From NCBI GenBank assembly GCA_018302765.1, contig JAGVZG010000001.1, forward strand, positions 1 to 64,000: 64,000 nucleotides of DNA. The letters are read 5' to 3'. Below, one piece after another: positions 9,131 through 19,695 of this stretch (the stretch's first letter is position 1; each line of letters begins with the position of its first letter). The DNA comes from Candidatus Woesearchaeota archaeon (GTDB taxonomy: Archaea > Nanobdellota > Nanobdellia > SCGC-AAA011-G17 > GW2011-AR18). The position numbers were made by a program, and so were the translations under genes. The notes under the pieces are model-generated. The model was not told the DNA's origin and ran no database searches. It saw nothing but the letters and a program-made list of their open reading frames with translations.

Positions 9131-11647
9131 ATGCTTACCGATAAAGAACAAAAAAAGGAATTTAAGAAAATAGCTAGTAAAAATCCTGAAAAGTATTATG
9201 CAGTTGAATATTTAAAAAAGGAGGGATTTTTGAGGAAGCAGTGTTCCAAATGCAGTAAATTTTTTTGGAGTGTAAACAATAATCAAGATGTTTGTGGTGA
9301 TTCTAGTTGTTCAGGTGGTTTTAGATTTATAGGTAACACTCCTGCAAAAAATAAATTGAGCTATATTGATGTTTGGAAGGAATTTTCTTCTATGTTTAAG
9401 AAACTAGGCTATGTACCTATTCACAGATATCCTGTTGTTGCAAGGTGGAATCCAACTACAGATTTTACTATTGCGAGCATATCTGCTTTTCAGCCATTTG
9501 TTGTTTCTGGTGAAGTAAAACCTCCAGCTAGTTCATTAGTTATTCCTCAATTTTGTTTAAGATTTGTAGATATAGATAATATTGGAATTACTGGGGCTCA
9601 TAATATTGGTTTTGTAATGATAGGACAGCATCAGTTTGTTACAAAAAAAGAATGGAATCAGAATAAAGTCTTTGGAGATATACATAATTGGTTGAAAAAA
9701 GGATTGGGCTTACCAGATGAAGAAATTACTTTTCATGAAGATGCATGGGCTGGTGGTGGAAACTTTGGACCTTGCATGGAATTTTTTTCCAGAGGTGTAG
9801 AAATAGGAAACCAAGTTTATATGATGTATGAACAAACTTCCAATGGCAATAAAGAGTTAGATATAAAAGTTTTAGATATGGGAATGGGACAAGAGAGATG
9901 TGCTTGGTTTTCTCAGGGGTGCGCTACAATTTATGACGCTACTTTCCCTAAAGTTATGAAGACTTTGTATAAAATAAGTGGCTTAGAAGTAGATGAAAAA
10001 TTAATGGCAAGGTTTATTCCTTATGCCAGTTATTTGAATGTAGATGAAGTTGAAGACCTAGAAAAAGCTTGGAAAGAAGTAGCTAAAAATGTAGGAATAG
10101 ATGCTGATGAACTAAAGAAAAGAATTTTACCTTTAAGTGCTTTGTATAGCATCGGAGAACATTCCAGAGCTTTATTATTTGCTTTAAATGATGGAGGATT
10201 GCCTAGTAATGTTGGTGGCGGTTATAATTTAAGGATATTAGCTAGGAGGTGCTTTGATTTTATTGAGAAATATGGTTGGAAGATTAATTTGTTTAGTATT
10301 TGTGAAGAGCATACCAAAGAATTAAAACAACAATATCCTGAGCTACTTGAAAATTTAGATGAAGTTAAGAAAATTTTAAACGTTGAAAAAATTAAATATG
10401 ATGCTAATAAGCAGAAAGCCAGAGTTATTGTTGATAAAATTGTTAAAGACAAAGAGAAGATTGATACTGAAAAGTTAATTGATCTTTATGATAGTAATGG
10501 GATTTCTCCTGATACAATAAAGAGTGAATTAGCTAAGGTTGGAGTAAATATTAAGATTCCTGATAATTTTTATTTACTTGTTACAACTAGACATGAACAT
10601 AAAGAACAAGAACACCAAACTAAGAAAGAAGAAGTTTTGAACTTAGATGGAATTTTAGAAACTAAAGCCTTGTATTTTGATAATTATAAATTAATTGAAT
10701 TTAAAGGAAAAGTTCTGAAAATTATTGGAAATAAAGTTATTTTAGATCAGACTATATTTTATCCTACTTCTGGTGGGCAGTTACATGATATTGGAAATGT
10801 AAACGGAATTAAAGTTGTAGACGTATTTAAACAAGGTAAAGTTATAATTCATGTTTTAGGAGATGCTTCAAAATTTAAAGTTGGTGAAACTGTTAGTGGT
10901 AAGATTAATTTTGTAAGGAGATTGCAATTAGCTCAACATCATACTTCTACACATATAGTAAATGCAGCTGCAAGAAAGGTTTTGGGAAAACATGTTAATC
11001 AAGCAGGAGCAAAAAAAACTGTTGAGAAAGCCCATATAGATATTACGCATTATCAGAGTTTAACAGAAGAAGAGCTGAAGAATATCGAGGATGAAGCAAA
11101 TAAAATTGTAAAACAGAGTGTTATTATTAAGAAAAGCTTTATGCCTAGGGAAGAGGCTGAAAAGAAATATGGATTTACTATTTACCAAGGTGGCGTTCCT
11201 ATAGGACATGACTTAAGAATAATTAATATAGTTGGAGTTGATGTTGAGGCTTGCGGCGGAACTCATTTAGATAATACAAAAGAAGCTGAGAAAATAAAGA
11301 TATTAAAGTCTACAAAAGTTTCAGATTCTATTGTTAGAATAGAATTTGTTGCTGGAAAAGCTGCTTTTGAAGAGGAAAATAAAGATCTTAGAATTTTAAA
11401 TGAATTAGCTGTTTTATTAAATTGTGAGAGGAAGCAGATTCCTGAAAGACTGCAAGAGTTATTCAACATTTGGAAAAATGTTGTTAAGAAAGGAAAAACA
11501 TTGAATAAATTTCAGTTAACAAGCACTGGTAAATATGAAGGGGACTTAATTGAGAAGTCTGTTGAAATCCTTAAGACACAGCCTGAGCATTTAGTAAATA
11601 CTGTTAAAAGATTTATTAAGGAAATAAATGAGAAAATAAATAGGTAA
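9131..11647 (+). CDS. alaS: Alanine--tRNA ligase (archaeal type)
   Basis: YPVVARW, FTIASISAFQP, editing-domain HTSTH and CGGTH. Confidence 0.97.
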   Translation: MLTDKEQKKEFKKIASKNPEKYYAVEYLKKEGFLRKQCSKCSKFFWSVNNNQDVCGDSSCSGGFRFIGNTPAKNKLSYIDVWKEFSSMFKKLGYVPIHRYPVVARWNPTTDFTIASISAFQPFVVSGEVKPPASSLVIPQFCLRFVDIDNIGITGAHNIGFVMIGQHQFVTKKEWNQNKVFGDIHNWLKKGLGLPDEEITFHEDAWAGGGNFGPCMEFFSRGVEIGNQVYMMYEQTSNGNKELDIKVLDMGMGQERCAWFSQGCATIYDATFPKVMKTLYKISGLEVDEKLMARFIPYASYLNVDEVEDLEKAWKEVAKNVGIDADELKKRILPLSALYSIGEHSRALLFALNDGGLPSNVGGGYNLRILARRCFDFIEKYGWKINLFSICEEHTKELKQQYPELLENLDEVKKILNVEKIKYDANKQKARVIVDKIVKDKEKIDTEKLIDLYDSNGISPDTIKSELAKVGVNIKIPDNFYLLVTTRHEHKEQEHQTKKEEVLNLDGILETKALYFDNYKLIEFKGKVLKIIGNKVILDQTIFYPTSGGQLHDIGNVNGIKVVDVFKQGKVIIHVLGDASKFKVGETVSGKINFVRRLQLAQHHTSTHIVNAAARKVLGKHVNQAGAKKTVEKAHIDITHYQSLTEEELKNIEDEANKIVKQSVIIKKSFMPREEAEKKYGFTIYQGGVPIGHDLRIINIVGVDVEACGGTHLDNTKEAEKIKILKSTKVSDSIVRIEFVAGKAAFEEENKDLRILNELAVLLNCERKQIPERLQELFNIWKNVVKKGKTLNKFQLTSTGKYEGDLIEKSVEILKTQPEHLVNTVKRFIKEINEKINR

Positions 11648-11650
11648 TTT

Positions 11651-12160
11651 TTACAATGAGCTAGCATCGACTACATCTTTGCAAGGTACTTCTTTTGGTA
11701 TATTATATTGTGTTGCTTTAGTGCATAAGTTAATTTTTCTGTCTCTAACTACGCACATAGAACTGTCTTTATTACTAGTTTCTCCGGGTTTTCTTAAGAC
11801 TTCTCTGTAAGGCACAGTTTCGCCTAATCCTATTCTAGTACTATTAAAATAATCGTTTTTTCCATCACCGTCTGTGTCACATGCTTTAAACACTTCTGTG
11901 TGGCCTGCTTTTGGGTTTTTTGGATCGTAAACCACTATAGGAGCAGATTCTTGGCATCTGCCAGCTTTTGCTGCTGCTTCTACGTTATAAACAAATCTTT
12001 GGTTTGTATAATTTAATCCATCAAGACTCATTTTCATTTCTAAAGTTGGATTTTTGTTAGAAGATGCAATTGGCGTTACAGGCATTGGGCATGTAGCGCT
12101 TATACAGCCGTAAAGCATACCTGTAAATAGAATTAATAGTGCACTATTTGGATTTTTCAT
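11651..12160 (-). CDS. Secreted Cys-rich hypothetical protein / putative lipoprotein
   Basis: Hydrophobic N-terminus ending LYGC, DTDGDGKND Ca-binding-like motif; GGTGA precedes ATG 12160. Confidence 0.7.
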   Translation of the reverse strand: MKNPNSALLILFTGMLYGCISATCPMPVTPIASSNKNPTLEMKMSLDGLNYTNQRFVYNVEAAAKAGRCQESAPIVVYDPKNPKAGHTEVFKACDTDGDGKNDYFNSTRIGLGETVPYREVLRKPGETSNKDSSMCVVRDRKINLCTKATQYNIPKEVPCKDVVDASSL

Positions 12161-12309
12161 TTTATCACCATTGTTAAGTGGATACAATATAAGAATGGTA
12201 ATTTATATAGTTTTCGGTCTTTATTTTTATATTGCTTGATTTTATTGACTAATTTATAGAAATACTTATAAATTTTTTACTAATGTTTGCAATGTACTTT
12301 GGAGGAAAA

Positions 12310-13944
12310 ATGACGCAACAACAACCAATTTTTATTTTAGCTGAAGGTTCTCAAAGAACTGTTGGAAAAGACGCACAAAGAAATAACATTATGGCTGCAA
12401 AACTTGTAGCAGAAACTGTAAGGACTACTTTAGGACCTAAGGGCATGGATAAAATGCTTGTTGATTCTTTAGGAGACATTATTGTTACTAATGATGGGGT
12501 TACAATACTGCAAGAGATGCAGATTGAGCATCCTGCTGCCAAGATGATTGTAGAAGTTGCAAAGACACAGGAAAATGAAGTTGGAGATGGAACTACTACT
12601 GCAGTTATTCTTGCAGGTGAATTATTAAAGAATGCTGAAAGATTACTGGAAAAAGAAATACATCCAACAGTTATTACAAAAGGCTATAGAATGGCTGCTG
12701 AAAAGGCCCAGGAAGTACTTCAAAATATTGCAGAGGATGTTTCTATTAAAGATTTAGGATTATTGAAGAATATAGCAATGACTGCCATGACAGGAAAAGG
12801 TGCAGAGGTTGCAAAAGAAAACTTGAGTGACTTGATTGTGAATGCAATTAAACATGTTTATGAGGAGAATGGAAATGAATTAATAATAAATGTTGACGAT
12901 ATAAAACTTGAGAAGAAAGTTGGGGCAGGCATTGAGGATTCTGAGTTAATAGATGGCATTGTTTTGGATAAAGAGAAATTACATCCGAATATGCCTAGAA
13001 CTGTTAAAGATGCTAAAATTTTATTGTTAGATTTAGCTTTGGAAGTTAAGAGCACTGAAGTAGATGCAAAGATACAAATTACAGATCCTTCGCAAATGCA
13101 GGCGTTTATCGATATGGAAGACAAAATGCTTAGAAACATGGTTGAGAAGGTTGTAAGATCTGGAGCTAATGTAGTTTTCTGCCAGAAGGGTGTTGATGAT
13201 TTAGTCCAGCATTACTTGGCTAAGAATGGAATATATGCTGCTAGGAGAATAAAGAAGAGTGACATGGAAAAATTATCAAGAGCAATAAATGGCAGTATTG
13301 TAAGTAATTTAGATGACTTAAACAGTAAGGATTTAGGCTATGCTGCTTTAGTTGAGGAAAAGAAGTTTGGAGACGAAGAGATGACTTATGTTACTGGCTG
13401 CAAGAAAGCTAAGTCAGTAACTTTATTGATAAGAGGTGGAACTTCGCATGTAGTTGATGAAGTTGAGAGAGCAATTAAAGACGCTATTGGTGATGTTTCT
13501 GCTTCACTGAAAATAAGTAAGGTTGTTGCTGGCGCTGGTGCTGCAGAGGTTGAGGTTGCAAGGGCGCTTAGGAAATTTGCAAATTCATTAAGTGGAAGAG
13601 AACAGCTTGCAGTTTTGGCTTTTGCTGATGCTTTAGAAGTTATTCCAATAACTTTGGCTGAGAACGCAGGCCTTGATCCTATAGATAGTTTGACTGAGTT
13701 AAAGGCCAGCCATGACAAAGGCCAGAAATGGGCTGGTTTAGACGTATTTAGTGGAAAGGTGGTTGATGCCTGGAAAAGAGGAGTTATAGAACCATTAAAG
13801 ATTAAGACTCAGGCTATAAAATCAGCTTCCGAAGTTGCAGAATTAATATTAAGGATAGATGACGTGTTGGCTGCTGGCTCAAAAGGCGGAAGCGGTCCTG
13901 CAATTCCTCCTGGAATGGGCCATGGTGACTTTGGCGGAGAATAA
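12310..13944 (+). CDS. ths: Thermosome (group II chaperonin) subunit
   Basis: [23 protein letters not shown]; GGAGG SD at 12301. Confidence 0.98.
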   Translation: MTQQQPIFILAEGSQRTVGKDAQRNNIMAAKLVAETVRTTLGPKGMDKMLVDSLGDIIVTNDGVTILQEMQIEHPAAKMIVEVAKTQENEVGDGTTTAVILAGELLKNAERLLEKEIHPTVITKGYRMAAEKAQEVLQNIAEDVSIKDLGLLKNIAMTAMTGKGAEVAKENLSDLIVNAIKHVYEENGNELIINVDDIKLEKKVGAGIEDSELIDGIVLDKEKLHPNMPRTVKDAKILLLDLALEVKSTEVDAKIQITDPSQMQAFIDMEDKMLRNMVEKVVRSGANVVFCQKGVDDLVQHYLAKNGIYAARRIKKSDMEKLSRAINGSIVSNLDDLNSKDLGYAALVEEKKFGDEEMTYVTGCKKAKSVTLLIRGGTSHVVDEVERAIKDAIGDVSASLKISKVVAGAGAAEVEVARALRKFANSLSGREQLAVLAFADALEVIPITLAENAGLDPIDSLTELKASHDKGQKWAGLDVFSGKVVDAWKRGVIEPLKIKTQAIKSASEVAELILRIDDVLAAGSKGGSGPAIPPGMGHGDFGGE

Positions 13945-14206
13945 TTATAATAGTTTAAGTAGAAGAGAAGTTCCAGAACGCATTAGGAGTTCTTTAGACA
14001 GGCAATTAGAGGATTATTTGTTAGTTACTTTTACTTCTTTAGATTTTACTTTGTTATGCAAAGAGTATTATTTCAGAAGAGAAAATCATGAAGGAGAATT
14101 GTACAATTGTTATTATTTAGGTATTTCAGTAATTTCATGTGAAACTAAGGCTTTCGTTAATACTTCTGCTACTTTCTTTGATGGCTACAAAGTTGAATCT
14201 TCCTAA
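13922..14206 (+). CDS. Hypothetical protein (94 aa)
   Basis: ATG 13922 overlaps the thermosome end; open to TAA 14206. Confidence 0.45.
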   Translation: MVTLAENNYNSLSRREVPERIRSSLDRQLEDYLLVTFTSLDFTLLCKEYYFRRENHEGELYNCYYLGISVISCETKAFVNTSATFFDGYKVESS

Positions 14207-14269
14207 AATGTTGGATTATATTTTGCACCAGATAAAAAATTTATAAATAAATATATAAAATAAATTTTG

Positions 14270-14841
14270 ATGGAAAGTAATTTTTTGGGTAGAAAAGTTG
14301 ATTTTGATGTAGGTTCTGATCGCGTTGAGTTTGGCAATGAATTTTTACGTGCCTGGAGAGAAGAAGGCTTTGTAGCTGTGCGTAATTATAATTATGAATT
14401 GACAGGTCTTAGAAATAATGTTTATTCTTTATTTAGAGAATTTTGCAATCTTCCTCTGGACGTTAAGATGAAATATTACGATCCTAAAGTTGGAGGACAA
14501 AGAAGCTATATTCCTAATGATGTTGGTTCTTCTTCTGGCGGAAAGTATACTGATTGCAGAGAGCATTTGATGATTGGTCCTAGAATTCCAAATGGATGTC
14601 CATTAGCAAGATGCAGACCTTATTTTTACCTTCCCAATAAAAATATTGAAGAAGTTCCAGGTTTGGTAGAGTGCTCTGAAAATTTGTTAGAGTAAAGAGT
14701 TTTGTTCTTGATGAATTACCTCATGATGACGTTGTGGTTGGAGACATCTTGAGATGGGAAGAAAAAACTGGCAATTATAAACTAATTAATTATGTAAACT
14801 CTCCTGACGACTACAATAGAATATTACAACATGGTTATTAA
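14270..14841 (+). pseudogene. Degenerate 2OG-Fe(II) oxygenase (isopenicillin-N-synthase-like)
   Basis: N-terminal DIOX-like AWREEGFVAVRNY..FCNLPLDVKMKY..RSY. Stop at 14695, then a shifted frame reads VVVGDILRWEEKTGNYK. The catalytic HxD segment is absent. Confidence 0.6.
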
Positions 14842-14846
14842 TGCCA

Positions 14847-16235
14847 TTATAGTTTTTTAATTACCATTCCATCTTTTGTGTCATCAATGTAATATCCTAA
14901 GGATTTTATTTTTTCTCTTAATCCATCTGCCAGTTTAAAGTCTTTATTTTTTCTAGCTTGTTCTCTTTTTTCAGCTAATTCTTTAATCTCTTCTGGGACT
15001 TTTATTTCTTCATCTAATATTCCAAATACTTCATTTATTTTATTCATAAAATTTTTTATCTTTTTAGTGTCTTTTGTAGATATTTTCTTTTCTGCAATTA
15101 ATTTATTTATTTCTTTCATGAATTCAAATAAAACAGTAAGCGCTTTTGGAGTTTCAAAGTCTTCATCCATTGATTTTTCAAAGTCATTTTTTGTTTTTTC
15201 TATCATAGAATTTATTTTTTTATTGTTTGTAGATCTGCTTTTATAATTTTTTAGTTTTAAAATGAATTCATTTAATTTTTGCAGAGAATTTTTTGCTTGT
15301 TCTATTGCTTCTTCTGAAAAGTCTATTGGCTTTCTATAGTGTGTTTGCAAAAACAAGAATCTTAGTATATTTTTATTATATTTTTTTATTACATCTCTTA
15401 TTGTAAAAAAATTTCCCAATGATTTTGACATTTTTTCTTTTTTTATCTGTAAAAACCCAGTATGCAGCCAGTATTTTACTAATGGTTTTTTTCCTGATAT
15501 TGATTCCATTTGTACAATTTCAGCTTCATGGTGAGGAAATATTAAGTCTAGACCGCCACCATGAATATCATATTGTGGGCCAAATTCTTTTTCTGTTATT
15601 GCTGTGTCCTCAATATGCCAGCCTGGTCTGCCTTTTATTAATTCTTTAGACTGCCAGAATGGATCTCCAGGTTTAGAAAACTTCCATAGGCAGAAATCCC
15701 CTTTGTTTTTTTTCTCAGGGTTTTCATCTATTCTTGAAACAGAGTCTTCTGCTTCTTGTGATTTTCTTTTGGCAAGTTTTCCATATTCTTTGAATTTGCT
15801 TAAATCAAAGTAGTAACCATCTGATATTTTGTAAGCATAGCCTTTTTTTATTAATCTTTTAACTTGAGAAATTATCTGAGGTATATGATCTGTTGCTCTT
15901 GCATATTTATTTACTGAATTCACATCTAGATTTTTCATATCTTCTAAATAAGTTTGTTCATATCTTCTTGAAATTGTTTTCCAATCAGTATTTTCTTCAT
16001 TTGCTTTTTTTATTATTTTATCATCTATGTCTGTTATGTTTTGCAGGTAGAATGTTTTATATCCTTTATATCTTAAGTATTTTACAATTATGTCAAACTG
16101 TATGTATGTTTTTGCATGGCCTAAATGTGAAAAGTCATAGACTGTTGGACCACACACAAATAGATTTATTTTTTTATCGTTTATTGGTTTGAGATTTTCT
16201 AGTTTTCTAGTTAGAGTATTGTAAACTTTAAGCAT
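14847..16235 (-). CDS. cysS: Cysteine--tRNA ligase
   Basis: CGPTVYD, HLGHA (HIGH), GRPGWHIE, DLIFPHHE, KMSKS. Confidence 0.98.
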   Translation of the reverse strand: MLKVYNTLTRKLENLKPINDKKINLFVCGPTVYDFSHLGHAKTYIQFDIIVKYLRYKGYKTFYLQNITDIDDKIIKKANEENTDWKTISRRYEQTYLEDMKNLDVNSVNKYARATDHIPQIISQVKRLIKKGYAYKISDGYYFDLSKFKEYGKLAKRKSQEAEDSVSRIDENPEKKNKGDFCLWKFSKPGDPFWQSKELIKGRPGWHIEDTAITEKEFGPQYDIHGGGLDLIFPHHEAEIVQMESISGKKPLVKYWLHTGFLQIKKEKMSKSLGNFFTIRDVIKKYNKNILRFLFLQTHYRKPIDFSEEAIEQAKNSLQKLNEFILKLKNYKSRSTNNKKINSMIEKTKNDFEKSMDEDFETPKALTVLFEFMKEINKLIAEKKISTKDTKKIKNFMNKINEVFGILDEEIKVPEEIKELAEKREQARKNKDFKLADGLREKIKSLGYYIDDTKDGMVIKKL

Positions 16236-16323
16236 AAAATCTTTTATTTAAGTCTATTTTTATAGTTTTCTTTGAGAGTAAAGTTAATAAAGCTCTCATT
16301 TTTGTTCCTATCTGCTAGTAGGA

Positions 16324-17796
16324 ATGAAAACTTTATTATTTACAAAAGAGCTGGAAGATCTTAAAACTGAGGCATTAGTCGTTGGTTTTTACGAGAGCTT
16401 TGGGAATTCTGACATTGATAAATATGACGTTATTTCTGATGGCTTGGTGAATGAAGTAATTAAAAGCAAAGAGTTTACAGGTAAGTTTGGCAAGGTATTG
16501 ATGCTAAGGCTGAAGGGTAAATTAAAAAGATTAGTTTTAGTTGGTTTGGGCAAGAGGGAGGAATTTGGTCTTGATAAAGCTAGAGAGATTTCTGGAAAAG
16601 CAGCTGTTTATGTTAGAGACCAGGGGATAGGTGAATTTAGTATTGTTTTATTTGAAGACATTAATCCTTATGATGCAGCTTATTGCGTTGTAGAAGGAGT
16701 GAAGCTTTCATTGTATCAGTTTAATGATTTTAAGACCCAGGGCTTGGATGACATAAAAAAAGTTGATCAGTTTACTTTAGTTGCAAATGGAAATAATTTT
16801 GTTGAGATTGATAATGCAATAAGAAAGGCTTTAGTTATTACAGATGCTGTTTATTACGTAAGGGATTTGCAGAATAAACCTAGCAATGTTGTAACTCCAA
16901 GTTATTTAGCTGAGGAAGCAAAAAGAATTGCAGCTAGATTCAAATTTAAATGCACTGTTTTAGAGACGAAAGACATGAAGAAACTTGGAATGGGCGGAAT
17001 GCTGGCTGTTAGTAGGGGCAGTGATCATCTTCCTAAATTTATTATTTTTGAGTACAATGGTGGAAAAGAAACTTTTTGTTTTGTAGGTAAAGGAATAACT
17101 TTTGATTCTGGTGGTATATCATTAAAGCCTTCTCAAGATATGGATGATATGAAGTTTGACATGAGTGGCGGAGCTGTTATTTTTGGACTTATGATTGCTG
17201 TGAGTCAGCTTAAGCTGCCTTACAGGGTTGTAGGTTTGGTTCCTGCAACTGAAAATCTGCCAGGAGGAAATGCTTACAAGCCTGGAGATATAATAAAATT
17301 TCATAATGGAAAGACAGCTGAAATAATAAATACTGATGCTGAAGGCAGATTAGTATTGGGAGATGCTTTGGCTTATTCAAAGAGATTTAATCCTAATGCA
17401 GTTATAGATTTTGCTACATTAACTGGAGCTTGCGTTGTTTCTTTGGGAAATCTTTATGCCGGCTTATTTTCTAATAGCGATGAATTTTCTAGTAAGTTAG
17501 TTAAGGCTGGAGAAAATTCTGGCGAGCTCATCTGGAGAATGCCTTTGCATGATAAATACAAAGAACATGTAAAGAGCAATGTTGCTGATATAAAGAATTC
17601 TGGCTCTAGAGATGCTGGTGCTATAACTGCTGCAGTATTTTTAAAGGAGTTTGTTGAGTGCAAGAAGTGGGCACATATAGATATTGCAGGTACAGCTTAT
17701 ACTAAAAATAACAAAGACGTGCTAAGTCCTTATGGCGGTACTGGATTTGGTGTAAGATTAATTATGAAATTATTAGAAGACTGGAAAACTAAATAA
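16324..17796 (+). CDS. pepA: Leucyl aminopeptidase (M17)
   Basis: VGKGITFDSGG, MKFDMSG, NTDAEGRL. Confidence 0.97.
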   Translation: MKTLLFTKELEDLKTEALVVGFYESFGNSDIDKYDVISDGLVNEVIKSKEFTGKFGKVLMLRLKGKLKRLVLVGLGKREEFGLDKAREISGKAAVYVRDQGIGEFSIVLFEDINPYDAAYCVVEGVKLSLYQFNDFKTQGLDDIKKVDQFTLVANGNNFVEIDNAIRKALVITDAVYYVRDLQNKPSNVVTPSYLAEEAKRIAARFKFKCTVLETKDMKKLGMGGMLAVSRGSDHLPKFIIFEYNGGKETFCFVGKGITFDSGGISLKPSQDMDDMKFDMSGGAVIFGLMIAVSQLKLPYRVVGLVPATENLPGGNAYKPGDIIKFHNGKTAEIINTDAEGRLVLGDALAYSKRFNPNAVIDFATLTGACVVSLGNLYAGLFSNSDEFSSKLVKAGENSGELIWRMPLHDKYKEHVKSNVADIKNSGSRDAGAITAAVFLKEFVECKKWAHIDIAGTAYTKNNKDVLSPYGGTGFGVRLIMKLLEDWKTK

Positions 17797-17832
17797 GTTA
17801 TATTTAAGAGATTTTTCTATTTGTTATTTTTT

Positions 17833-18324
17833 ATGAGCAGAAAATTATTAGTAGATGTTGAAAATTTAGATGATTTAAAATTTCTTTATCTTGAATTAGT
17901 AGTTCGTCCTAAAGTTGGTGTTGGACCTTTAGCAATGCAATTAGCTGATGGTTTAAGAGATGTTTTTGAACTTTATGAGTTAAATAAAGATAATATCAGG
18001 GAATGCGCAAACTATGTTGATGGAGTTAGTACTGAAGATATTTATTTTTGGCCTTTAGTAAGACCTTTAGTTTATTATATAGGTGAACCATTCTCTAGGA
18101 GTGTTAGAGGGAGCTTAAATGCAGGCAATGGAAGAGTTTTGGTTCATTTGCTTAAAAATACAGATGTTTCTTTTTCAAGAGAGGATTTAGTAAAAATTTC
18201 TGGTTCTTGGAGCATTGGATCTGTTGTCAGCAGTATGGGAATATTAGCAAAACAAGTCAGACATTCTAGATATTATTCTATTGATAGAGTTGAAGGTAGT
18301 TACACAATGAAAATAATAAATTGA
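17833..18324 (+). CDS. Hypothetical protein, possible C-terminal winged helix
   Basis: Long ORF, first ATG 17833; C-terminal FSREDLVKI..GS..SS pattern. Confidence 0.6.
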   Translation: MSRKLLVDVENLDDLKFLYLELVVRPKVGVGPLAMQLADGLRDVFELYELNKDNIRECANYVDGVSTEDIYFWPLVRPLVYYIGEPFSRSVRGSLNAGNGRVLVHLLKNTDVSFSREDLVKISGSWSIGSVVSSMGILAKQVRHSRYYSIDRVEGSYTMKIIN

Positions 18325-18376
18325 ACTTTAAAGTTAAGTTTTTATATAAGCGAATTATTGAAAATATACTTTTAAA

Positions 18377-18703
18377 ATGATGCCAAACTTAAATCCAAAG
18401 CAGCTTGAGCAAGCTATGAAAAAGCTTGGAGTAAAACAAGAAAAAATTGATGCTTATGAAGTTGTTATTAAAACAAGAGAGAAAAACCTTGTTGTGAAAG
18501 ACCCTGAAGTTTTGAGAGTTAACATGATGGGACAGGAAAGTTTTCAAATTACTGGAAGCATTGAAGAGGAAATGAATATAACTGAGGATGATGTTAATAC
18601 TGTTGCTAGCCAAGCTGGAGTCAGCAAAGACAAAGCAAGGGAATCTTTGGAAAAGAACAAGGGAGATTTGGCTTCAGCAATAATGGAGTTAAAAAATAAT
18701 TGA
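18377..18703 (+). CDS. nac: Nascent polypeptide-associated complex protein
   Basis: MKKLGVKQEKI, SFQITG, UBA-like tail GDLASAIMEL. Confidence 0.95.
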   Translation: MMPNLNPKQLEQAMKKLGVKQEKIDAYEVVIKTREKNLVVKDPEVLRVNMMGQESFQITGSIEEEMNITEDDVNTVASQAGVSKDKARESLEKNKGDLASAIMELKNN

Positions 18704-18704
18704 A

Positions 18705-19178
18705 ATGGAAAAGATAAAAAGATTGTTGCAGGAAGCAAACCAAGATTTTAGGACAGCAGAACATTTAATGTATATTAATAACACAATGGCTAGCGATGGG
18801 AAATTATTAATTTATATTGCAAAAAAACTGCACTTAACAGTTTCAAATTGTTTAGATGCTCTTCTGAACTATGAGAAGCACAATAGAATGATCAGGATTT
18901 TGCCTTCAGATTTTGGGTCAAAGATTGATATTTTTGAAAATGAAGTACTGCCCAGAATGGCGATTGCTCCAGACGTTGTAGATATTATTAAGGAATTAAA
19001 TTCTATTGCAAATGAGCATGAAAATAGTCCAGTTGAGTTTTCAAGAGGAGACAAGTTTGTTATTTGCAGTGATGGATATCACACAATAAAGGCTTTGGAT
19101 GTTGAGATGTTGAAGCATTATATTGATGCAGTAAGAAACTTTTTGTATTTAGTTAATGGAGCAATTGGAAATGTATGA
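18705..19178 (+). CDS. Conserved hypothetical, HEPN-like helical protein
   Basis: DFRTAEHLMY helix; related to the next ORF. Confidence 0.7.
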   Translation: MEKIKRLLQEANQDFRTAEHLMYINNTMASDGKLLIYIAKKLHLTVSNCLDALLNYEKHNRMIRILPSDFGSKIDIFENEVLPRMAIAPDVVDIIKELNSIANEHENSPVEFSRGDKFVICSDGYHTIKALDVEMLKHYIDAVRNFLYLVNGAIGNV

Positions 19179-19620
19179 AGATAATGCTGAGACTCCTGAT
19201 GAGGAATTGAAGAGAGCAGATCACTTAGTTTATGTTTCTTTAAAATATACCAGAACTTGTGACATTATGAAAAATGCAATCAAAAGAATGATTGCAGCAT
19301 TTGAGTTATCTATGTCAGAATATTTAGAATATTTGAGAAAGGGTAAAGAATTAAGTCATGTTTCTGGTACTTCCAAAGAGAGATCAGTGCAAATTAAAAA
19401 TTTGTTAGGAAATCAATTTAAGAAGTATTTTATATTATATAATTTGCTTAAGAAAATAGACAAAGCAGATTATACTGCTACAGAAGAATTCAGGAAGAAT
19501 GTTACTTTAAAGACTAAAACCTCTAAAGTCATTGAAGTTAAAGTTGATAATCTGTATAACTATTTAGAACTAACAAAAGAATTTGTTTTATTTATGAAAA
19601 GTAAAATGAAGGCAAGGTAG
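19156..19620 (+). CDS. Conserved hypothetical, HEPN-like helical protein
   Basis: ELKRADHLVYVSLKYTRT; overlaps and resembles the previous ORF. Confidence 0.7.
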   Translation: MEQLEMYEDNAETPDEELKRADHLVYVSLKYTRTCDIMKNAIKRMIAAFELSMSEYLEYLRKGKELSHVSGTSKERSVQIKNLLGNQFKKYFILYNLLKKIDKADYTATEEFRKNVTLKTKTSKVIEVKVDNLYNYLELTKEFVLFMKSKMKAR

Positions 19621-19695
19621 ATTTCTGTATTTTTTAACTACTCTTAAGTAAGTAAATTAGTAATATTTATATACGCTAAGGTTTTATTTTTTTAG

